From: an uncultured Eubacteriales bacterium
GTDB lineage: Bacteria; Bacillota; Clostridia; Oscillospirales; CAG-272
Reading direction: 5' to 3'
DNA: 29,466 bases
Assembly: GCA_949286815.1 (NCBI GenBank)
Contig: CASEEB010000223.1
Location: forward strand, 1 to 29,466
The position numbers and the translations under genes are program-made. How positions within the stretch are numbered: the stretch's first letter is position 1; every line of letters begins with the position of its first letter. The notes under the pieces are model-generated. The model saw nothing but the letters and a program-made list of their open reading frames with translations. It did not search any database and was not told the origin of the DNA. Shown here one piece after another: positions 16,564 to 23,932 of this stretch.

Positions 16564-18357
16564 TTAAGCTTTGAGTCTGGCTTCGAGAGCGGCAAGCTCA
16601 TCGTACATTGCCTGCGGAACTCTTTCGCCGACCTGCTTATAGAACGACTTGATGTTCTCCACGTCTTCAAGCCAAGAAGCTTTATCAACTGTAAGAAGGT
16701 CACGGACAGTGTCAATTGTTACATCTTCAAGTCCCTCAATGCAGATATCCTCCGCTTTCGGTATATATCCGATAGGAGTGATCTCGGCGTCAACCTTACC
16801 TTCGCAACGGTCAAGAATCCACATAAGCACTCTCATGTTGTCACCGAATCCGGGCCAGATGAAGTTGCCTTCGTTGTCGGTACGGAACCAGTTGACATGG
16901 AAAATCTTCGGAGGATTGGGTATCATATTGCCCATTGAAAGCCAGTGAGCGAAATAATCACCCATATTGTATCCGACGAACGGACGCATAGCCATCGGGT
17001 CGCGACGTACAACGCCTACCGCTCCGGCAGCTGCCGCGGTTGTCTCGGAAGCCATAATGGAACCGACAAACGAACCGTTCTGCCAAGAGGTGGACTGGTA
17101 AACCAGCGGAGCGGTCTTTGCGCGTCTGCCTCCGAATACTATTGCGGAAATAGGGACGCCCGCGGGATTGTTGAATTCTTTGGACAGGCAGGGGCAGTTA
17201 GTCGCTTTCGCGGTAAATCTTGAGTTGGGATGAGCGCCTGAAGTGTTGACCTTGTCCGCCTTGTCGTATTTTCTGTAGTCCCAGACCTCGCCCTTCCAGT
17301 TGATGGCGTTTGTGGGAGGATTGTTGTCCAGACCTTCCCACCATACCGTGTTGTTGTCAAGGTTATGGCACACGTTGGTGAAGATAGTGTCTTTTGTGGT
17401 TGTGTGAAGAGCGTTGGGATTTGACTTTTCATTTGTTCCGGGGGCAACTCCGAAGAAGCCGTTTTCAGGGTTTACCGCATAAAGCTTGCCGTCTTCGGGA
17501 TTTACCCTGAGCCATGCGATATCGTCTCCGACTGTCCATACCTTATAGCCCTTATTTCTGTAATATTCGGGCGGAATAAGCATGGCGAGATTGGTTTTTC
17601 CGCAGGCGGACGGGAATGCCGCGCAGATATACTTGGTATCTCCGTCAGGATATTCAACGCCGAGGATGAGCATATGCTCAGCCATCCAGCCTTCCTTGCG
17701 TCCGAGGTAGGAAGCTATTCTGAGCGCAAAGCATTTTTTGCCGAGCAGCACGTTTCCGCCGTAACCGGAGTTGACAGACCAAATAGTGTTGTCTTCCGGG
17801 AAATGGCATATAAAGCGGTTTTCCGCGTCAAGCTGAGCCTTTGAGTGCAGACCCTTTATAAAATCTCCGCTGTCGCCGAGAGCCTCCAGAACATTGGTTC
17901 CGACACGTGTCATGATAAGCATGTTGAGTACAACGTATATCGAGTCGGTGAGCTCAATTCCGTATTTGGCGAAAGGTGAACCTACGATACTCATTGAGTA
18001 GGGGATTACATACATTGTTCTGCCGCTCATGGAGCCTGTAAAGAGTTTGGTGAGCTTTGAGTAGCATTCCTTGGGGTCCATCCAGTTGTTGATGTTTCCG
18101 GTGTCTTCCTTTTTGGTTGTGCATATAAATGTTCTGTCCTCAACGCGCGCGACGTCGTTGACGGCGGTTCTGTGAAGGTAGCAGTTGGGAAGCAGCTCTT
18201 CGTTGAGCTTAATAAGCTCGCCTGTGGAGCAAGCCTGTTTTCTGAGTGCTTCGGCCTGTTCTTCGCTGCCGTCGATCCAGACGATATCGTCGGGCTTCGT
18301 CATAGCGGCCATTTCATCAATCCAATCAAGAACAAATTTGTTACTTGTAAGTGCCAT
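16564..18357 (-). CDS. pckG: Phosphoenolpyruvate carboxykinase (GTP-dependent)
   Basis: GYGGNVLLGKKCFALR, AFPSACGKTNLAM (P-loop), VGDDIAW, HPNSRF and IVFGGRR motifs; AAGGAG RBS. Confidence 0.97.
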   Translation of the reverse strand: MALTSNKFVLDWIDEMAAMTKPDDIVWIDGSEEQAEALRKQACSTGELIKLNEELLPNCYLHRTAVNDVARVEDRTFICTTKKEDTGNINNWMDPKECYSKLTKLFTGSMSGRTMYVIPYSMSIVGSPFAKYGIELTDSIYVVLNMLIMTRVGTNVLEALGDSGDFIKGLHSKAQLDAENRFICHFPEDNTIWSVNSGYGGNVLLGKKCFALRIASYLGRKEGWMAEHMLILGVEYPDGDTKYICAAFPSACGKTNLAMLIPPEYYRNKGYKVWTVGDDIAWLRVNPEDGKLYAVNPENGFFGVAPGTNEKSNPNALHTTTKDTIFTNVCHNLDNNTVWWEGLDNNPPTNAINWKGEVWDYRKYDKADKVNTSGAHPNSRFTAKATNCPCLSKEFNNPAGVPISAIVFGGRRAKTAPLVYQSTSWQNGSFVGSIMASETTAAAAGAVGVVRRDPMAMRPFVGYNMGDYFAHWLSMGNMIPNPPKIFHVNWFRTDNEGNFIWPGFGDNMRVLMWILDRCEGKVDAEITPIGYIPKAEDICIEGLEDVTIDTVRDLLTVDKASWLEDVENIKSFYKQVGERVPQAMYDELAALEARLKA

Positions 18358-18430
18358 GTTTTTTCTCCTTATATATTAGATTATTTTAAACAACATCTGA
18401 CGGAATAAAATACTTTATTTCCCAGAATAT

Positions 18431-18459
18431 ATTTTACTATATTTTTTTGAATTTTGCAA
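18431..18459 (-). promoter_or_regulatory. Sigma-A promoter of pckG
   Basis: On the minus strand: TTGCAA (18459-18454), 17 bp spacer, TAAAAT (18436-18431). The -35 lies within an imperfect palindrome TTTTGCAA...TTGCAAAA (18452-18483). Confidence 0.7.
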
Positions 18460-19016
18460 GAGACTTTTTTAAAAGTTGCAAAATATTAATAATTATTCGA
18501 CAGATTTAAAATAAATTAATAAAACATTTGAAGTATTGCGTCTTTAACGACACCATATCCCTGTACAAGTTTTTTGTCTTATCTGTATTAAAAACAAAAA
18601 ATTCTTTAATTTACAATTTATTAACAAAAAATTATCTCTCAATAAAATTTTATAAATATAAATATGATAAAATAAAAACAAATGTACTAAATTTATTTTT
18701 GTTTTTGATTTTGTCAGATTAACAGTTTCTTTTTAATCGGAAGTCAAAGCGTGAGAGCCTTACTTTTTGGTATCAAAACGCGTATGTTTTCACGTATAAA
18801 TTTTTTAAAAAGCTGAACGCTTTTTGTTTCACTTTGCAAAATTGTTTCACTATTGTGAATTGTTTGGTCTTGCCAAACCCGAAATTTTTTCAATAAGGGG
18901 CAAAGCCCCGTCATTCGACATTTTCAGTGGGGGATTGTACCTCCCACTCTGAATAAATTAAGTGGCATAACATCTAAATTTAGTTAGCGCCGCCTGTAGC
19001 GGTACGGGAGATTAAT

Positions 19017-19610
19017 ATGGTAAAATTAAAGCCTAAAGAACAAAAGGTTTATGATTATATCGTAAAGTCGGTAAAGAAAAACGGATACGCTCCCAGTGTA
19101 AGGGACATATGCCGCGACTTGGGGTACAAAAGCACATCGACGGTTCACATGTATCTGAACCGGCTTGACATGTTCGGATACATCAGCAAGGAGGACGGAA
19201 AAAGCCGTGCGGTCAGTCTCAATGAAGACATGCCCCCGGTGTACGCGGTGCCGATACTCGGGACAGTGACCGCCGGAGTTCCCATATTGGCTGAGGAAAT
19301 CAGAGACGGATATGTGGGGTACGCGGGAACCCGTCCGCTGGAAAATCTGTTTGCTCTCAGGGTCAGGGGAGAAAGCATGATAGACGCCGGTATACTGAAC
19401 GGTGATATTGTCATAGCCGAAAAGACCTGTTACGCTGAAAACGGTGAAATCGTCGTGGCAATGATCGAGGATGAGGCAACCGTAAAAAGATTTTACAGAG
19501 AACACGGACATTACAGACTACAGCCCGAAAACAGCTCAATGGAACCGATTATCAGCGATGAGGTTTTGATAATCGGAAAGGTTATTGCCGTACAGCGCAG
19601 TTATATTTAA
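19017..19610 (+). CDS. lexA: LexA transcriptional repressor
   Basis: Winged HTH (PSVRDIC...STSTVH), Ala-Gly cleavage site (VTAGVP), catalytic Ser (GESM) and Lys (ATVKRF). Confidence 0.95.
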   Translation: MVKLKPKEQKVYDYIVKSVKKNGYAPSVRDICRDLGYKSTSTVHMYLNRLDMFGYISKEDGKSRAVSLNEDMPPVYAVPILGTVTAGVPILAEEIRDGYVGYAGTRPLENLFALRVRGESMIDAGILNGDIVIAEKTCYAENGEIVVAMIEDEATVKRFYREHGHYRLQPENSSMEPIISDEVLIIGKVIAVQRSYI

Positions 19611-19612
19611 AT

Positions 19613-21850
19613 ATGAAAAATTTAAAAAACGCGTTTATAAGCGTACTTAAGGGCGCCGGGGATTATATAGGAATATATGCGGCGGCTGCCGCGGTACAGA
19701 TATTGTTTGCCGTTTTTTCTGTCTCGGCGGTTTCCTCGGTGGTCGCGAATGACAGAACCTTTACGGAGGCGTATGATTATGACATTGTCGTGAGCGGGGA
19801 CAGCGAGGAGATTTATTCACTCTGCAATTACATGAAGACCGAATCGCTTGCCGATGACGGATTGAGCTTCACCGATTTCAACCTGACAGATACCGGCGAT
19901 ACGACATCCGAGCTTACGGTTTCCGTAAAAAAGGGGAGAATGAACAGCTTTTTGCGCTATTATAAGGATAAATACGCGCCCGACGCCGAATACGAAATTA
20001 CACCCGGGTATTTATATTTTGACAGCGTCCGACCGGGAAATATTGCGGTGTTCGTACTGTGCGGAGTGTTGCTCTTCGCAATTTCGGTACTGATACTGTC
20101 GGTCATGTACAATTTAAGGTTAAGTCATCATAAATTCAAATACGGCATTTTCATGACTTGCGGTGCGAACTTCAAAATGCTTTACAAGACGGCGTTTTTG
20201 GAATGTTTCGCGGTGTCGGTCCTGACACTTGTGCCGAGTGTTTTGATTTCGCTTGGATTGTGCGCGCTTGTGTGTATACCTGAGGCTTTATATGTTAATG
20301 CCGTTACGGCGGCAGTATTTGTCATATTATGTGCGGCCGCTTTGTCATTGGCGGTGTTCATTCCGGTGAAACGTATGTCCGTAAAACCTCCGGTCTCTCT
20401 GCTGAGTTCCGAAGACAATAACGGTCTCGTATCGTCACCGCGCTTTTCCTGCCGTATATTCGGGAAAAAATACCCTTTGTTCTATGAACTGCTTTCGATG
20501 TGGCGCTTCAGAAAGTATTTCGCCTTGCTTACGGCATCGGCGGTATGCTTTTCGGTTTTGTTTATAACGGGAATGTATGTGGCTGATATTGTAAAGACCC
20601 AGAGTGAGGCGGAATGCAGAGAAGTTGTGCTGACTCCGGCAAATGAGGTAGGGTCTGAGGAAGAACGTCTGGAATATTTTGAAGATGTGGAGTATTTTGT
20701 TCCGAGTCTGCTTGACATTGACGGAGTGGAAAGTCTGCGTTTGGAAATATCAGAGCGCCTGACAAGTCAGCTTGACCATCTGCTTTTGAGTCCGGATATG
20801 CCTCTGTCCGCTTCGGAATACACAATCGTCTGCGCTCAGGAAAGAGAGGGGTATACGAGAGCTACAAATTACGCGAGATACGTCGCTCTGAATCCGTTGG
20901 CTCTCAGGATGTACGAGCAGTCGTATACTGTGGATTATCTTGAAGGCTATGACGCGGAGAATATTTTTTCGGTAGAAAACACTGTGGTTCTGAGCGAAGC
21001 GTTTAATATGGAAGACAGATTCAGCTTTGAACCGGGCGATAAAATAGTTATAGCGCAGTACATCGGAGGGGATACTGACAGTATTCATGTAACATCCGAC
21101 CGTCTGGATATTTTGAGTATGCAGGTGCAGAATCTGAATTTCAGATTTTACGAGTATACGGTAGGGGCGGTTATAAGAGGAATTGAGACAGACGACAGCA
21201 TTATAGTCGGTCTTGACTGGGAGGATTATCAGACATTTACCGATGTTTTGCCCGTCATTGATGAAGTTTCGGTATATGTGTCATCCGATATAGACACAGA
21301 ACAGCTTAATGATCTCAGGCAACAGTTTGACGATAAACTGCGGTATTTTGAAAACTGGGATATTACATTCACCGATGAGGCGGTGTATAAGATAGCCGGC
21401 AGAGCCATATCCTTTCCGGGTATGATATACGTCATATCGGCGGCGGTGACGGTGATATCTCCGTTTTTATGGATACTTTCCCAGACAGTGTTTTACCGCA
21501 AAAGAAAACGGGAATTCGCTGCTTTATCCGCTATGGGAGCGAATGAAAACCAGATCAGAAATCAGTTTCTGATTTCGGGCGCCGTGCTTTCTGTTTTCGG
21601 TTTCCTCATTACTCTCTTGCTGAGTTCGGCGCTGTGTTACGGAATATACAGATTATTCGGTGTTATTCTGCCGCTTTTCGATATAACAGATGTTTCGGTT
21701 CCGTTTGAAAAACACATGTCGCCCGCGTTAGTAGTCGTGTGCGCGGCGGTGTCGGCCGTATGCGCGTTTCTGTCAAGCATAATACCGTATATTTTTTATA
21801 AACGGGATGTCAAAAAGGATAACGGTGTACTGTCCGATGAACTCAAATAA
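19613..21850 (+). CDS. ABC transporter permease, MacB/FtsX family with duplicated FtsX domains
   Basis: Two FtsX-type segments (YGIFMTCGA and EFAALSAMGANENQIR), each after an extracellular domain; adjacent LolD-like ATPase. Confidence 0.85.
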   Translation: MKNLKNAFISVLKGAGDYIGIYAAAAAVQILFAVFSVSAVSSVVANDRTFTEAYDYDIVVSGDSEEIYSLCNYMKTESLADDGLSFTDFNLTDTGDTTSELTVSVKKGRMNSFLRYYKDKYAPDAEYEITPGYLYFDSVRPGNIAVFVLCGVLLFAISVLILSVMYNLRLSHHKFKYGIFMTCGANFKMLYKTAFLECFAVSVLTLVPSVLISLGLCALVCIPEALYVNAVTAAVFVILCAAALSLAVFIPVKRMSVKPPVSLLSSEDNNGLVSSPRFSCRIFGKKYPLFYELLSMWRFRKYFALLTASAVCFSVLFITGMYVADIVKTQSEAECREVVLTPANEVGSEEERLEYFEDVEYFVPSLLDIDGVESLRLEISERLTSQLDHLLLSPDMPLSASEYTIVCAQEREGYTRATNYARYVALNPLALRMYEQSYTVDYLEGYDAENIFSVENTVVLSEAFNMEDRFSFEPGDKIVIAQYIGGDTDSIHVTSDRLDILSMQVQNLNFRFYEYTVGAVIRGIETDDSIIVGLDWEDYQTFTDVLPVIDEVSVYVSSDIDTEQLNDLRQQFDDKLRYFENWDITFTDEAVYKIAGRAISFPGMIYVISAAVTVISPFLWILSQTVFYRKRKREFAALSAMGANENQIRNQFLISGAVLSVFGFLITLLLSSALCYGIYRLFGVILPLFDITDVSVPFEKHMSPALVVVCAAVSAVCAFLSSIIPYIFYKRDVKKDNGVLSDELK

Positions 21851-21882
21851 TATAGCAGATATGATGAAGGGAGGCGGAATTT

Positions 21883-22755
21883 ATGAATAAAAGCACAGAT
21901 AAAAAGCTTTTTCCGGATATCGGCGCCGTCTCGGACTCTGAAAAGACTCCGGATGACATTAACGGTGCGGATGAAGGTCTTAAAAATAACAGTCGGGCAG
22001 TAGAAAACAGTAAAAACGCGGGTAAAACGGCGGACTCAAACGCAAAGGCTGACAAAATAATACTTGAAACGGATGACCTTATAAAACAATATAAACAGTA
22101 TGACGTTGTTATAAGCGCGGTGGACAGGGTCTCTCTGAAGGTCAGAGAAGGCGAGTTTGCGGCAATTATCGGCTCATCGGGGTCCGGAAAAAGCACGCTT
22201 TTACATTTATGCGCCGGACTGGACAAACCCGATTCCGGAACCGTCAAAATCAGAGGCAGGAATATTACCGGGATGACAAGTGATGAAATGAATTCTTTCA
22301 GGGGAAGACATATAGGGTTTATCTTCCAGAACCACAGTCTTATACCTCAGTTTACCGCGCTTGAGAATATTCTTGTTCCCACTCTGATGTGTCAAAGACC
22401 GGATTTTTCTTACGAGGAACAGTTGAAGAAGCTTGTTTCCATGCTTGATATAGCGGACAGACTGCATCATCTTCCGAGTGAGCTGTCGGGCGGTCAGCAG
22501 CAGAGAGTAGCCATAGCGAGGGCGCTTATCAATATGCCCCAGATTTTGTTCGCGGATGAGCCTACCGGCAATCTGGACAGGAAAAACGCTGACGAGGTAC
22601 TCCGGCTGCTGCTTGAAACTCAGAAGTCGATAGGACAAACGCTTGTCATGGTGACTCACGACATGAAAATTGCCGATAAGGCGGACAAAATATATGTTAT
22701 GGAAAACGGAAAGTTAAGTCCTTACCACCGTAAACCGAACGCGGATTTTAATTGA
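21883..22755 (+). CDS. ABC transporter ATP-binding protein (LolD/MacB family) with about 60 aa polar N-terminal extension
   Basis: Walker A GSSGSGKS, Q-loop, LSGGQQQ, Walker B/D-loop ADEPTG and H-loop VTHD; GGAGG RBS. Confidence 0.95.
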   Translation: MNKSTDKKLFPDIGAVSDSEKTPDDINGADEGLKNNSRAVENSKNAGKTADSNAKADKIILETDDLIKQYKQYDVVISAVDRVSLKVREGEFAAIIGSSGSGKSTLLHLCAGLDKPDSGTVKIRGRNITGMTSDEMNSFRGRHIGFIFQNHSLIPQFTALENILVPTLMCQRPDFSYEEQLKKLVSMLDIADRLHHLPSELSGGQQQRVAIARALINMPQILFADEPTGNLDRKNADEVLRLLLETQKSIGQTLVMVTHDMKIADKADKIYVMENGKLSPYHRKPNADFN

Positions 22756-22997
22756 AGCTCAACCGAAGCGACATAAATCCGACATGAGAGCACAGCAACG
22801 GTTTAAAACTATTCATATAGTAACAACTTTGACAATTTGAGGAAAGTTTTATCAGGCTTTTGAAAGGACTTGAGCAAGTCGCCCGGAGAGCAATGAAATT
22901 TTCGGGGTTTCGGTTTGGGGAGACTTGTAAATTCGACGCCAAAAGCTCAGTAACGCGCAAAATTCTGATCCGAATTAAGAAAGGAATGATCATAAAA

Positions 22998-23699
22998 ATG
23001 AAAGATATGATAATAGCGGGACTTCAGAAGCTGAGTTTACTTGATTTCCCGGGCAAGGTAGCCTGTACGGTTTTTACGGCGGGCTGTAATCTGAGGTGTC
23101 CTTTTTGCCACAACGCGCCTCTTGTAGTTTCACCCTCACTTGACGGGGCCGTTACATGTGACTCTTTTTTTGAGTTTCTTAAAAAGAGGAGTGACATGCT
23201 GGAGGGGGTTGCGATTACCGGAGGAGAGCCCACGCTTATGAAAGGGCTTCCCGATTTTATACGGGAGATAAAAAAAATGGGATATGCCGTAAAGCTCGAT
23301 ACAAACGGCACGAATCCGCAAATGCTCAAAGATCTGGTCTTGAGCAAAGCCGTGGATTATGTGGCTATGGATATAAAAAATTCGCCGGAAAAATATGCCC
23401 TGACCGCGGGAACGGAAAAGGACATTATGGACAGTGTAAATGAGAGCGTATCCTTTCTCATGGAAAATCATGTGGATTTTGAGTTCCGTACCACCGTTGT
23501 AAAGCCTTTTCATACAGAGTCTGATTTTTTAAGTATCGGAAAATGGGTCTCGGGAGAGGAAAAATATTTTTTACAAAAATTTGTTGATTCCGGAAATCTT
23601 ATAGGCGACGGAATGGAGTCTTATGAAGACGAGGAGATGAAAGGATTTCTTAATATATTAAAGCAATATGTGCCAAAAGCACAAATCAGAGGGGCGTAA
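22998..23699 (+). CDS. nrdG: Anaerobic ribonucleotide reductase activating enzyme (radical SAM)
   Basis: GCNLRCPFCHN (CX3CX2C), ITGGEP and KLDTNG motifs; adjacent to nrdD. Start is likely 22998 or 23007 rather than the TTG at 22860. Confidence 0.92.
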   Translation: MKDMIIAGLQKLSLLDFPGKVACTVFTAGCNLRCPFCHNAPLVVSPSLDGAVTCDSFFEFLKKRSDMLEGVAITGGEPTLMKGLPDFIREIKKMGYAVKLDTNGTNPQMLKDLVLSKAVDYVAMDIKNSPEKYALTAGTEKDIMDSVNESVSFLMENHVDFEFRTTVVKPFHTESDFLSIGKWVSGEEKYFLQKFVDSGNLIGDGMESYEDEEMKGFLNILKQYVPKAQIRGA

Positions 23700-23777
23700 A
23701 CAATATATTGTGACGAAATTTAATTTTGATACAATATATTGTGAAAACCCCTTGACAAATAATACTAAATATAGTAT
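23698..23777. promoter_or_regulatory. Three NrdR boxes
   Basis: AAACAATATATTGTGA (23698-23713), ATACAATATATTGTGA (23729-23744; 31 bp period) and ATACTAAATATAGTAT (23762-23777, overlapping the -10) match acaCwAtATaTwGtg. Confidence 0.88.
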
Positions 23778-23780
23778 AAT
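23752..23780 (+). promoter_or_regulatory. Consensus sigma-A promoter of nrdD
   Basis: TTGACA (about 23752-23757), about 17 bp spacer, TATAAT (23775-23780). Confidence 0.85.
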
Positions 23781-23830
23781 TAATGTGCGTCTTAATTTAG
23801 GAGATTCAGATGCACATTATTTTTTATTTT
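23781..23830 (+). terminator. Terminator-like hairpin overlapping the nrdD transcription start region
   Basis: TAATGTGCGTCT (23781-23792) and AGATGCACATTA (23808-23819) form a 12 bp stem, followed by TTTTTTATTTT. Confidence 0.6.
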
Positions 23831-23869
23831 GAAATATTGCAAATCCCAAAAAGCGTTCTCTGTTTTTGA
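23810..23869 (+). CDS. Candidate 19 aa leader peptide MHIIFYFEILQIPKSVLCF in the nrdD 5' region
   Basis: AGGAG (23799-23803), 6 nt spacer, ATG at 23810, TGA at 23867-23869. Below the ORF-track cutoff; no evidence of translation. Confidence 0.3.
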   Translation: MHIIFYFEILQIPKSVLCF

Positions 23870-23932
23870 ATGGGAAAGACGTATTTTTACATAATAAAAT
23901 ATAAAAAATAAATCAGGATAAGGAGAAAACAA

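Noticed and set aside
18528-18722. 64 aa ORF in the AT-rich pckG-lexA spacer
   Set aside because: K/N/L/F/Y-biased low-complexity translation of AT-rich DNA, TTG start, no RBS.
22829-22860. TTGACA upstream of nrdG as a promoter
   Set aside because: No acceptable -10 at 16-18 bp.
9960-22910. Recurrent CCGAAA(A)ATT-like words in several intergenic regions (about 9966, 10870, 18878, 22897)
   Set aside because: Variable length and orientation; compatible with base composition and not testable without counts.
22860-22997. N-terminal extensions in the ORF track for nrdG (also uvrC, 9956 and 4798 ORFs)
   Set aside because: Downstream ATGs have better RBSs and match the family N-termini.
23860-23932. 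Cobalamin riboswitch before nrdD (AATGGGAA)
   Set aside because: The following GGTG..AA.TCC and ACTG core elements are absent.
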